A DNA stretch of 64,000 nucleotides from an uncultured Bacteroidales bacterium (GCA_947625885.1 CANQQA010000003.1:64726-128725); one strand, 5' to 3'. Shown: positions 8,651-16,858, numbered from the stretch's first letter. A program made the numbers and translations. Notes: generated by a model from the letters alone, not told the origin.

Positions 8651-9403
8651 ATGGAGTTGAAAATTTTGGGTTCAAGTTCAAATGGTAATTGTTATATGCT
8701 TGACAACGGCAAAGACTGTTTGATGATTGAATGCGGTGTTGCTTTCAAAGAAGTGCAAAAAGCCGTGAATTTCGACATTTCACGCATTTGCGGTGTTATT
8801 ATATCGCACGAACACGGCGACCACGCCAAACACGTTCAAAAGTGCCTTGATTCACGCATTCCGATATATGCTTCACATGGCACACTTGATTCGCTTGGGG
8901 TTGAAACCGCGAATGTGCCGAATTTGGTGCGCCCAATGAGTGAGTTGAAAATACATCAAATTGGTAAATTTAAGGTGCAGCCATTCAAAACCCAACATGA
9001 CGCCAATGAACCTTTCGGATTTCTTATCTATCACCCAGAATGCGGCAAGGTCTTGTTCGCTACCGATACATATTACTTGCATTACACATTTGATGGATTG
9101 AACAACATCTTGATAGAGTGTAATTATCGCCAAGACATATTGGATTCCAATGTTGAATCGGGCAAGATACACCCGGCAATGAGGGCAAGAACAATGAAAA
9201 GCCATTGCAGCTTTGACACTTGCCGGGAAATATTGCTTGCAAACGATTTGTCGAAAGTGAACAACATTGTGTTGATTCATATTTCAGACGGCAACGCCAA
9301 TGCGGGCGAGTTCAAGCAAGGAATCGTTGAAGCCACGGGAAAGACCGTTCACATTGCAGAAAGGGGAATGACAATCAAGAATTTTAATGTATCACCATTT
9401 TAA
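8651..9403 (+). CDS. Metallo-beta-lactamase fold hydrolase (probable recombination nuclease)
   Basis: HEHGDH motif (ISHEHGDHAKH) and downstream His/Asp residues. 250 aa, follows the RecT-like gene. Confidence 0.8.
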   Translation: MELKILGSSSNGNCYMLDNGKDCLMIECGVAFKEVQKAVNFDISRICGVIISHEHGDHAKHVQKCLDSRIPIYASHGTLDSLGVETANVPNLVRPMSELKIHQIGKFKVQPFKTQHDANEPFGFLIYHPECGKVLFATDTYYLHYTFDGLNNILIECNYRQDILDSNVESGKIHPAMRARTMKSHCSFDTCREILLANDLSKVNNIVLIHISDGNANAGEFKQGIVEATGKTVHIAERGMTIKNFNVSPF

Positions 9404-9412
9404 TTTATAACA

Positions 9413-10027
9413 ATGAAGAAATTTATATTGATTCAAAACGGCAAAGATGAGCCGATTGGAAAGTATAACACCAAGGCTGAAGCCTCCGACACTGTGGAAT
9501 ACATCATTGAAAAAAACAATGTTGGTTTACATTCGAGCGACGACCTATATTTGACAGTGTTTGACTTCAAAATAGAAGAATCAGAGGTCGAAGAAATCAA
9601 CGAAGTTGTTGCTAATTTTGACAATGCCAGATTTTACCTTAATATCAAGCCAAATGCGGATTTCACCTTTCCGAAAAAAATTTCTGGAAGCATTCTTGCA
9701 GACATTCGGCGTTTGGTTCGGGACGTAAACCCAAATCACATCAAAGCACTTATAGCCCTTAACGAGTTGTTCACCATTGCAGAGGCATGGAATAAGGCGG
9801 ATAACTTTGTTCCAGATTTCGGAAATACAAGTCAATACAAGTATTTCCCTTGGTTTGTATATAACAAGGGGGCTGCGGGGTTCGTTTGTGCGGCTGCGAA
9901 TGCTGCGGCGTCGTATACGAATGCGTCTGTCGGCTCTCGGCTTTGCTTCAAAACAGCGGAACGCGCGGAGCAATTCGGAAAGCAATTTGAGCCATTGTAT
10001 AATCAAGTTTTCTTACTTGGCAAATAA
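9413..10027 (+). CDS. Remote DGR target protein (carries VR2)
   Basis: 204 aa with no signal peptide. The C-terminal GAAGFVCAAANAAASYTNASVGSRLCF is encoded by a 76-bp copy of the TR, with mismatches only at TR adenines. Confidence 0.8.
   Translation: MKKFILIQNGKDEPIGKYNTKAEASDTVEYIIEKNNVGLHSSDDLYLTVFDFKIEESEVEEINEVVANFDNARFYLNIKPNADFTFPKKISGSILADIRRLVRDVNPNHIKALIALNELFTIAEAWNKADNFVPDFGNTSQYKYFPWFVYNKGAAGFVCAAANAAASYTNASVGSRLCFKTAERAEQFGKQFEPLYNQVFLLGK
9873..9948 (+). repeat. DGR variable repeat 2 (VR2)
   Basis: Gap-free alignment to TR positions 41-116 (45090-45165). By hand count there are 62 identities and 14 mismatches, all at TR adenines. It has the same 3' boundary (tgctt) and the same codon phase as VR1. 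Confidence 0.85.
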
Positions 10028-10044
10028 ATGTATCACTATAAAAC
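10027..10044 (+). promoter_or_regulatory. Recurrent phage motif copy 1 (aatgtatcactataaaac)
   Basis: Identical to the copy at 19982-19999. It overlaps the stop of the upstream gene and ends 7 nt before the ATG at 10052. Confidence 0.6.
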
Positions 10045-10051
10045 TTTTATT

Positions 10052-10483
10052 ATGGAAAAACAACTTGGACATGAATATCAAAATCTTGCACAACGTGAAG
10101 CATTCCTTAAAGACAATTGTGATGCTTGCGAACAAAAAGGTTATATGAAACCATACACCATGCAAGAATTGCAAGGACACAAAGAGAAACTTGCCAATGT
10201 TTCGATTGAGATTGCCGAAATAGAAGCAGAAAAGAAACGGATTGAATCCGACTTCAAGGGGCGCTTGAAACCCTTGAAAGAATCAAGGGCGATAATGGTT
10301 TCAAACATCAAGTCAAAGGCTGAATACGTGAACGAAGTGTGTTACCGCTTCACAGACCAAGAAACCAAGGAAACCGGGTATTACAACAAAGAGGGCATTT
10401 TGGTTGAATGCCGTCCGGCAACGGCTGATGAACTACAACCAAACATCTTTTCGATGGCGAGAAAGACAGGAACAAACGATTAA
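10052..10483 (+). CDS. Hypothetical coiled-coil protein
   Basis: The ORF track starts at 10028 (MYHYKTFIM...), but that ATG lies inside the recurrent motif. The ATG at 10052 (MEKQLGH) is preferred. Confidence 0.5.
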   Translation: MEKQLGHEYQNLAQREAFLKDNCDACEQKGYMKPYTMQELQGHKEKLANVSIEIAEIEAEKKRIESDFKGRLKPLKESRAIMVSNIKSKAEYVNEVCYRFTDQETKETGYYNKEGILVECRPATADELQPNIFSMARKTGTND

Positions 10484-10502
10484 CTTTTAATTTTTGAAGA
10501 AT

Positions 10503-11243
10503 ATGCAAAACGAAAAAATGCAAATCAATCTTGCGCCCGGAATTACAACCGCAGAAGTAATCTTGCGTGAGGGTGCAGCACCCAAGACACTTGACCCGAA
10601 AGCACCCGTAAAAACCGACCTGAAAGGTGTTATCGGTTGCGTTGTTGAGTACCTAACAAAGCGAATCAATGTTGGTCAGTTCGCCCAAAAGGATTCCCAC
10701 ATTCTTATCGACCGCGACAATGTGGAAATCACCTTGATAACCAACGAATCGGACGAATACACACGTGGAAAGGTTGTCGGCAAATTGAGTTACAACCCGA
10801 AATTCATTGAGTTTGGAATCAACCGCAACAAGGTATGGACACCGACAGAACTTGGTTTGTTTATCAAGATGAACCGTGCATTCTTTTCAGACCGCCAAAC
10901 CAATATGGCGTTGGTTTCAACCTTGATGAACTTTACCGCCACCGTGAACAACAAGATTGAACGTGCAATTGCCGAAAATGGCAATCGTACCGACAATTTC
11001 GCCCAAGTGGTCAATTCCAACTTGCCAGATTCATTCACTATTCAAATGCCGATTTTCAAGGGAATGCCAGCCGAAACAATCGAGGTCGAAATCTTTGCAC
11101 AGGTGAACGGGCGTGAAGTTGCATTCGTGCTTCTTTCGCCGGGCGCACAAGCAACACTTGAAGATTTACGCAACAAGGTGATTGATGATGAAATTGCAAA
11201 AATCAAAGAAATTGCACCCGAAATCGCAATCATTGAAATTTAG
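10503..11243 (+). CDS. Hypothetical protein
   Basis: The track ORF begins at a TTG at 10494. The first ATG is at 10503 (MQNEKMQ). No motif recognised. Confidence 0.5.
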   Translation: MQNEKMQINLAPGITTAEVILREGAAPKTLDPKAPVKTDLKGVIGCVVEYLTKRINVGQFAQKDSHILIDRDNVEITLITNESDEYTRGKVVGKLSYNPKFIEFGINRNKVWTPTELGLFIKMNRAFFSDRQTNMALVSTLMNFTATVNNKIERAIAENGNRTDNFAQVVNSNLPDSFTIQMPIFKGMPAETIEVEIFAQVNGREVAFVLLSPGAQATLEDLRNKVIDDEIAKIKEIAPEIAIIEI

Positions 11244-11301
11244 TGTATAATATCCAACCGACTTTCCATTTGGTTGGTCGGTTGGAATAACACTCTCAAC
11301 A

Positions 11302-12012
11302 ATGAAAGATACATTCTATTTTTCGCACGATTATAACGCACGAAGCGACCCCAAATTGCAAGATGTATTGATAACACACGGTGTTGCTGGCTTGGGTGTG
11401 TATTGGTGTATCATCGAACAAATGTACGAACAAGGTGGCGTGTTGCCTTTGAAATCATGCAAAAGCATTGCATTTGCATTGCACGTGGAAAGCAAGGTTG
11501 TTGAAAGCATCGTGAATGACTTTGAATTGTTCGTGAATGACGGCGAAAACTTTTGGTCTGAATCGGTAAAAAAACGTCTTGTAAAGATTTTGGACATTGC
11601 AGAAAAGCGCAAAGCGGCTGCCGCAAAAAGATGGCAATCAACGCAATTGCATAAAAACGACAACAAATGCAATGCAAATGCAGAGCAAATGCAATGCAAC
11701 TCGATGCAAAATAAAATAAAAGAAAATAAAATAAATAATAATATAAAAGAGAATATAAAAGAGAAAAGCGGAAGCCGCTTTTCACCGCCAACGATTGATG
11801 AAATAAGAAATTATATCATTGATAAGGGTTATTCCTTTGATGCTGAAAGTTTCTTTGATTTTTACGAAAGCAAGGGTTGGTTCGTGGGAAAAAATAAAAT
11901 GAAAGATTGGAAAGCTGCCGTCAGAAATTGGGCAAGAGGCGAAGAAGAACGCCAAGTAAAGCAGCGCCGAAAGGCTGTTTCAACAAACAATGTAAATGAT
12001 ATATGGAAATAG
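11302..12012 (+). CDS. Replication organiser/initiator-like protein (DUF4373-like N-terminus, phage replisome-organiser-like C-terminus)
   Basis: N-terminus is MKDTFYFSHDYNARSDPKLQDVLITHGVAGLGVYWCIIEQMYEQGG. C-terminus is IDEIRNYIIDKGYSFDAESFFDFYESKGWFVGKNKMKDWKAAVRNWA. The low-complexity linker is encoded by the iteron and AT-rich block. Confidence 0.6.
   Translation: MKDTFYFSHDYNARSDPKLQDVLITHGVAGLGVYWCIIEQMYEQGGVLPLKSCKSIAFALHVESKVVESIVNDFELFVNDGENFWSESVKKRLVKILDIAEKRKAAAAKRWQSTQLHKNDNKCNANAEQMQCNSMQNKIKENKINNNIKENIKEKSGSRFSPPTIDEIRNYIIDKGYSFDAESFFDFYESKGWFVGKNKMKDWKAAVRNWARGEEERQVKQRRKAVSTNNVNDIWK
11643..11768. promoter_or_regulatory. Candidate phage replication origin (iterons plus AT-rich block) inside the organiser gene
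   Basis: caaatgcaatgcaa occurs at 11664-11677 and again at 11686-11699, 22 bp apart. There are six ATGCA(A/G) units in about 45 bp. An inverted 15-bp copy (tgcatttgcattgca) is at 11469-11483. A nearly C-free AT-rich tract follows at 11707-11768. Confidence 0.4.
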
Positions 12013-12716
12013 ACTTAACAAAGGCATTGGAAATGGTCAAGGAACGTGGGTTGTTTCAAGGAATCACACGGTTCAAAAATCGTGATGATTATGACTTGAA
12101 AGAATCCTTGCAACTTGTAGAAGCCATCGGCAAAAAGCGAAATCCAAAATTCGTGATTGACGATGAAAATCGCTTCGTCTATGAAAACATTGTAAAATGG
12201 CTGCATTGCGATATGACAATGAAAGCAATTCACCCAGAAACGAAACATGAGGTTTCTGGCGATATGAAAAAAGGTATTTATATCGCTGGAAACACAGGTT
12301 CTGGCAAGTCTTGGTGCATGGAAGTGATGTTGGCTTATGCCTGCTTGTTTAACTTCAAAATAAAGTTCGGTATTGAAGATGCACGGATTTGGTGGCGAAT
12401 CGTAAGGGCTGATGAAATCGTAGCGAGGTTCATCGAAACAACTTCAATTGATGAATATAAGAAAACAAAAATTCTTTGTATTCAAGATTTGGGCAGTGAA
12501 CCACTTGAAGCGGTATCTATGGGAAACCGAATGAACGTATTGCGCACATTGCTCGAATACCGTGGCGACCAGTCAGACAATTTGACAATGATAACATCAA
12601 ACATTCCTATATGCCATAAATCATTGACAGAAAATTATGATGATAGGGTTAAAAGTCGATTGGTGGAAATGTGTAATTATTTTGAAATCAAGGGTAAAGA
12701 CAGAAGAAAACTTTAA
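12003..12716 (+). CDS. DnaC/IstB-like AAA+ helicase loader
   Basis: Walker A GNTGSGKSW and Walker B-like ILCIQDLG. 237 aa, overlaps the end of the organiser gene. Confidence 0.7.
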   Translation: MEIDLTKALEMVKERGLFQGITRFKNRDDYDLKESLQLVEAIGKKRNPKFVIDDENRFVYENIVKWLHCDMTMKAIHPETKHEVSGDMKKGIYIAGNTGSGKSWCMEVMLAYACLFNFKIKFGIEDARIWWRIVRADEIVARFIETTSIDEYKKTKILCIQDLGSEPLEAVSMGNRMNVLRTLLEYRGDQSDNLTMITSNIPICHKSLTENYDDRVKSRLVEMCNYFEIKGKDRRKL

Positions 12717-12734
12717 CAACCAAAAAATTGCAAA

Positions 12735-13322
12735 ATGAAAATTTATATATCTGGTAAAGTAACAGGTTTGCCGTATGACTATGTTAAAGATAAGTTCAAT
12801 AGTGTAGAAGAATTATTGACTGAAATTGGCTTTGAAGTGGTGAACCCTTTGAACAATGGTCTTGACAAAGATGATATGTGGGAAAAACATATTTGCAAAT
12901 GTATTGAAATGTTATTGCCTTGTGATGCTATCTATATGATGAACAATTGGGTCGATTCAATAGGTGCTTCAATCGAATATGATATTGCAAATAGAACATC
13001 AAAGTATATCTGGTTTGAATCTAATGTTCTACGCAACAACACTATCTTAACAAGGATTCATAACGCAATTCACGAAGTGATGGGTTTGAAGATAGAAGAT
13101 TATATCGTCAAGTCGCGAAAACGTGATGGATTTTTTGCAAGAATGATTCTTGTTTACCATTGTAGGAGAGAGAAGATGCGTTTGGCGGATATTGCTGCGT
13201 ATGTGAAACGCGACCATTCAACAGTGCTTCATTTGTTGAAGAAATATCAAGACGATTTCACCTACAATTCAGATTTTAGGAATTTGGCAACAAGAGTGAA
13301 TGATATATTGAATAAAAAATAA
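12735..13322 (+). CDS. Fusion of a DUF4406 (nucleoside deoxyribosyltransferase-like) domain with a DnaA domain IV-like HTH
   Basis: N-terminus is MKIYISGKVTGLPYDYVKDKFNSVEELLTEIGFEVVNPL...CDAIYMMNNWVDSIGASIEYDIA. C-terminus is RKRDGFFARMILVYHCRREKMRLADIAAYVKRDHSTVLHLLKKY. Confidence 0.55.
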   Translation: MKIYISGKVTGLPYDYVKDKFNSVEELLTEIGFEVVNPLNNGLDKDDMWEKHICKCIEMLLPCDAIYMMNNWVDSIGASIEYDIANRTSKYIWFESNVLRNNTILTRIHNAIHEVMGLKIEDYIVKSRKRDGFFARMILVYHCRREKMRLADIAAYVKRDHSTVLHLLKKYQDDFTYNSDFRNLATRVNDILNKK

Positions 13323-14386
13323 TGCACAAGTTTGATTTCCGTTGGACATTAAAAGATGCAAACTTCACAAAAGACAAAGGAGTTGTATTTTCGTGTTTCG
13401 CTGGTGGTGGCGGGTCGTCAATGGGATATAAATTAGCCGGATATGACGTTATTGGTTGTAATGAGATAGACCAAAGAATGATGTACGTATATTGTCAGAA
13501 TAACAACCCAAAGTTTCCTTTCCTTGAACCGATACAGACGTTCAAGGAAAGAGCGGACTTACCAACAGAATTGTTCAATCTTGATATTTTGGACGGTTCG
13601 CCACCCTGTTCTACATTTTCAATCGCTGGAAGTCGTGAATATTATTGGGGTAAGATGAAACATTTTCGCGAGGGGCAGGCGAAACAGGTGTTGGACACGT
13701 TGTTTTTTGACTTCATTGACCTTGCTAAAAAACTAAAACCGAAAGTTGTTGTTGCCGAAAATGTCAAAGGGTTATTGTTGGGTAAAGCAAAAGACTACGT
13801 AAGGCGAATTTATGAATGCTTCAACGATGCTGGGTATTATTGCCAGCATTTTGTTCTTGACGCACAAAATATGGGCGTCCCTCAAAGGCGTGAACGGGTG
13901 TTTTTTGTGTGCTTACGAAAAGACCTTGCCATGCCATTGTTGGAACGTGTATCATTATTTGAAAGAAAACCACGAATGAAGATGTGTTTTAACGAAATAC
14001 CTATTCTTTTTTGCGATGTTGCCGATTATTCCGGTCGAGAAATAACGTCAAATGTAATTCGCGCGTTATGGGACAACCGAAAGTATGGAGATTCAGACCA
14101 AGGAGATACAAACCAAAGATTGTATGGTAAAAGGTCTGATTTCAACCAATCATACGTTTACAGAGATAGAATTTGCCCAACTTTGCCGAGTAAAGAAACG
14201 AGCTTGATACATTTTGACCGACCGCAATTTCTTGGAAAAAGTGAAGTGTGTTGCATTTCATCATTTCCGCAAGATTATAATTTTTGCGGTCAATTGCCAC
14301 ATTATGTGTGCGGAATGAGCGTTCCGCCAATTATGATGGCGCAAGTGGCAAATCAAATTTGGGAACAATGGTTATCAAAATTATAG
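13322..14386 (+). CDS. dcm: DNA (cytosine-5)-methyltransferase
   Basis: Motif I FSCFAGGGGSSMG, motif IV GSPPCSTFS, motif VI ENVKGLL and motif VIII QRRERVFF. No restriction enzyme gene is adjacent. Confidence 0.9.
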   Translation: MHKFDFRWTLKDANFTKDKGVVFSCFAGGGGSSMGYKLAGYDVIGCNEIDQRMMYVYCQNNNPKFPFLEPIQTFKERADLPTELFNLDILDGSPPCSTFSIAGSREYYWGKMKHFREGQAKQVLDTLFFDFIDLAKKLKPKVVVAENVKGLLLGKAKDYVRRIYECFNDAGYYCQHFVLDAQNMGVPQRRERVFFVCLRKDLAMPLLERVSLFERKPRMKMCFNEIPILFCDVADYSGREITSNVIRALWDNRKYGDSDQGDTNQRLYGKRSDFNQSYVYRDRICPTLPSKETSLIHFDRPQFLGKSEVCCISSFPQDYNFCGQLPHYVCGMSVPPIMMAQVANQIWEQWLSKL

Positions 14387-14391
14387 AATTT

Positions 14392-14409
14392 AATGTGTTA
14401 TTATAAAAC
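14392..14409 (+). promoter_or_regulatory. Recurrent phage motif copy (aatgtgttattataaaac)
   Basis: Variant of the 18-nt motif, ending 9 nt before the ATG at 14419. Its internal ATG opens a 9-codon mini-ORF (MCYYKTEMR) whose TGA overlaps the downstream ATG. Confidence 0.5.
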
Positions 14410-14418
14410 AGAAATGCG

Positions 14419-14991
14419 ATGAAATTAGTATTTTATGACCTTGAAACAACGGGGACAAATCCCGGAAAAAACGGCATTCACCAAATATCTGGGCAAATAG
14501 TGATTGATGGTGTTGTGAAAGAATCATTCGACTTTCATGTTCAACCTAATCCCAAAGCAATAATCGAAGATGAAGCATTGAAAGTTGCGGGCGTTACCCG
14601 CGAACAAGTAATTGCATACCCGCCAATGCGCGATGTGTATAACAAATTTGTTTCGATGCTTGGAAAGTATGTTGATAAGTTCAACAAAAAAGATAAATTC
14701 TTTTTGGTTGGATATAACAACGCAGCTTTCGACAACCAATTTTTACGGGGATTCTTCTTGCAAAATGGCGATAATTATTTTGGTTCTTGGTTTTGGTCGA
14801 ACACTATTGACGTGATGGTTCTTGCAACGGCGTTTCTTTCGACCCGTCGCCATGATATGGAAAACTTCAAATTGTCCACCGTTGCAAAAACACTTGGAAT
14901 CGAGGTAAAAGATGATTCCTTGCACAATGCGATGTACGATATTGAATTGACGAAAGCAATTTTTGATATTGTAACCAATGGCAAGGGGTAA
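14419..14991 (+). CDS. DEDDh 3'-5' exonuclease (DnaQ-like)
   Basis: ExoI FYDLETTG, ExoII GYNNAAFD and ExoIII HNAMYDIEL. Confidence 0.8.
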   Translation: MKLVFYDLETTGTNPGKNGIHQISGQIVIDGVVKESFDFHVQPNPKAIIEDEALKVAGVTREQVIAYPPMRDVYNKFVSMLGKYVDKFNKKDKFFLVGYNNAAFDNQFLRGFFLQNGDNYFGSWFWSNTIDVMVLATAFLSTRRHDMENFKLSTVAKTLGIEVKDDSLHNAMYDIELTKAIFDIVTNGKG

Positions 14992-15271
14992 AACGACAAC
15001 CAAGCCGTGCTTTTCCAATGGTACGGAGTTTATGGCGTGGCAAGACCGAAATTGTTGCCGTTGTGTCAAGGCGGTTTGGTTCAATGAAAAGAAAAACGAT
15101 TTCCCGGCTTACCGATGTGCGGTGCAAGGGCAAATCGAGGGGCAAGCCGCCGGACTGTATGAGGTCAGCGAAAGAACCTATAATGCAACCCAACAAAATG
15201 ATTGCCCATATATCAAGATGGAAAGAACGAAGCCAAGAAAGAAAAGCGATGGTTCACCGTCCTTGTTTTGA
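14978..15271 (+). CDS. Hypothetical Cys-rich protein
   Basis: 97 aa with a CCRC cluster. In the operon. Confidence 0.4.
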   Translation: MARGKTTTKPCFSNGTEFMAWQDRNCCRCVKAVWFNEKKNDFPAYRCAVQGQIEGQAAGLYEVSERTYNATQQNDCPYIKMERTKPRKKSDGSPSLF

Positions 15272-15304
15272 GAAAAACCTTGTAGAACATAAATTTTTCA
15301 AGAA

Positions 15305-15829
15305 ATGAACTTTAATGATTTAGCGAACAAAGCACATACCAACGCCGTGAATCACGGATTTTGGAAATGTGAATTGAGCATCGAACATTACTTGATGCTT
15401 GTAATAAGTGAGGTTGGCGAACTTGTTTCGGCAGACAGAAACGGACGACACGCCGATATTGACCGATTTGTTGAAGATGACAAACAGCCTCCCGACGGTC
15501 GTTTTGAAGATTGGATAAAAGACACGGTTGAAGATGAATTTGCAGACATTGTAATTCGCTTGCTTGACCTTGCCGGGGCGTTGGGTATTGATTTGAGTAA
15601 AACGAATCATTACGATTATCTTTTTTGTAATTCCTGTTTTACCGAAATCGCCTTTGCTTTATGCAAGTGTCTTACCAGATTCGATATAAGAATTGAAACT
15701 CGTATTCGATTCGGCATTTATTACGTTAAGAGTTGGGCGGAATCCCTCAATATTGATTTGGATTGGCATATCGACAAAAAAATGAAATACAATGAAAGTC
15801 GCCCGATTCTACACGGGAAACGTTATTAA
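15305..15829 (+). CDS. MazG-like nucleotide pyrophosphohydrolase
   Basis: ISEVGELVSA and EDEFADIVIRLLDLAG motifs typical of all-alpha NTP-PPases. Confidence 0.6.
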   Translation: MNFNDLANKAHTNAVNHGFWKCELSIEHYLMLVISEVGELVSADRNGRHADIDRFVEDDKQPPDGRFEDWIKDTVEDEFADIVIRLLDLAGALGIDLSKTNHYDYLFCNSCFTEIAFALCKCLTRFDIRIETRIRFGIYYVKSWAESLNIDLDWHIDKKMKYNESRPILHGKRY

Positions 15830-15875
15830 ACAAATGTAATGCAATTGCATAAATGGTTCAAAAAAAATAAATATT

Positions 15876-16268
15876 ATGTTACAGTTAGAAGTAATTGGAA
15901 ATCTTGGCAATGATGCCGAAATTAAAGAGTTTGGCGGCAAGAAGTATGTTTCAATGAATGTCGCACATTCGGAAAAGCGAAAAGATGGTGGCGAAACCAC
16001 CGTTTGGGTGTCGGTTCTTTGGTATGGTGAGGGTGGCGGACTATTCCAATACCTGAAAAAGGGCACAAAGGTATTCTTGCGTGGTCGCATTTCGGTAAAA
16101 GCATATTTAGACAAACAAAATCAACCGCAATGTTCCGTGAATATGTATGCCACCGAAGTAACTTTGTGTGGCGCAAAAACCGAGAACAACGCCAATGCGC
16201 AGGAACAGCCAACCAATGTTGCGCCAACAGCTGCACAGACACGGGGTGAAGATGATTTACCATTTTAA
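15876..16268 (+). CDS. ssb: Single-stranded DNA-binding protein
   Basis: OB-fold N-terminus (LEVIGNLGNDAEIKEF...VWVSVLWYG) and an acidic C-terminal tip DDLPF. A 13-bp box gcaattgcataaa (15841-15853) lies upstream and also occurs at 11643-11655. Confidence 0.85.
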   Translation: MLQLEVIGNLGNDAEIKEFGGKKYVSMNVAHSEKRKDGGETTVWVSVLWYGEGGGLFQYLKKGTKVFLRGRISVKAYLDKQNQPQCSVNMYATEVTLCGAKTENNANAQEQPTNVAPTAAQTRGEDDLPF

Positions 16269-16281
16269 TTCTTGATACATT

Positions 16282-16773
16282 ATGCCAAGGTTTGACAACA
16301 TCATTGCCATTGACCCAGATAAGGAAAAATCGGGCGTGGCGTTCCTAAAACCGTCTACAAGACAACTTGAAGTTACAAACTTGACATTTCCATTGTTGCT
16401 TGACTATCTGCAACACGCCAAAATGGTTCAAGAAGAAAAACAAGAATCCTTGATTGTAGTCGTTGAGGCTGGGTGGATTGTGAGAAAGTCCAATTTCCAC
16501 GAAGCGCAAGGACACAGGGCGGAAAAAATCGCAAAGGACGTTGGGGCAAATCACGAAACTGGGCGAAAAATTATTGAAATGTGCAAGCATTATGGAATCA
16601 ACGTCGTGCAACACCCACCATTGATTAAGTGTTGGAAAGGTAATGACAGAAAGATTACACATGAAGAATTGGCGTCATTTACCGGTTTGAGTGGTCGGAC
16701 AAATCAAGATTCCCGCGACGCAGCTTTGCTTGCTTGGGTGTTTGCAAACTTACCTATAAGGGTGAATGTTTGA
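16282..16773 (+). CDS. Possible RuvC-fold Holliday junction resolvase
   Basis: N-terminal IIAIDPDKEKSGVAFL resembles the first catalytic Asp strand of RNase H/RuvC-fold resolvases. Context is replication and recombination. Weak call. Confidence 0.35.
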   Translation: MPRFDNIIAIDPDKEKSGVAFLKPSTRQLEVTNLTFPLLLDYLQHAKMVQEEKQESLIVVVEAGWIVRKSNFHEAQGHRAEKIAKDVGANHETGRKIIEMCKHYGINVVQHPPLIKCWKGNDRKITHEELASFTGLSGRTNQDSRDAALLAWVFANLPIRVNV

Positions 16774-16805
16774 TAACTTTTTCCTATCTTTTTTTGTTAA
16801 GGTGT

Positions 16806-16823
16806 GTTTTATAGTGATTCACC
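16806..16823 (-). promoter_or_regulatory. Recurrent phage motif copy in opposite orientation (ggtgaatcactataaaac on the minus strand)
   Basis: This is the only copy not co-oriented with a downstream gene. It lies in the 16774-16858 gap, 35 nt before the ATG at 16859 on the other strand. Confidence 0.45.
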
Positions 16824-16858
16824 TCTTAACTTTGCGATTTCATCGCAAAACAGTAAAT

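Noticed and set aside
10027-10044. Resemblance of the recurrent motif core TCACTATA to the T7-class promoter core
   Set aside because: I could see no single-subunit RNA polymerase gene in the prophage, and the flanks do not match T7-like consensus. The resemblance is kept only as a note. The motif is reported as unexplained.
11701-11768. AT-rich short-repeat tract (ataaaataaaagaaaataaaataaataataatataaaaga) considered as a CRISPR or minisatellite
   Set aside because: It has no repeat-spacer periodicity and lies inside a reading frame. It is interpreted as an AT-rich unwinding element and low-complexity linker. No CRISPR array was seen anywhere in the window.
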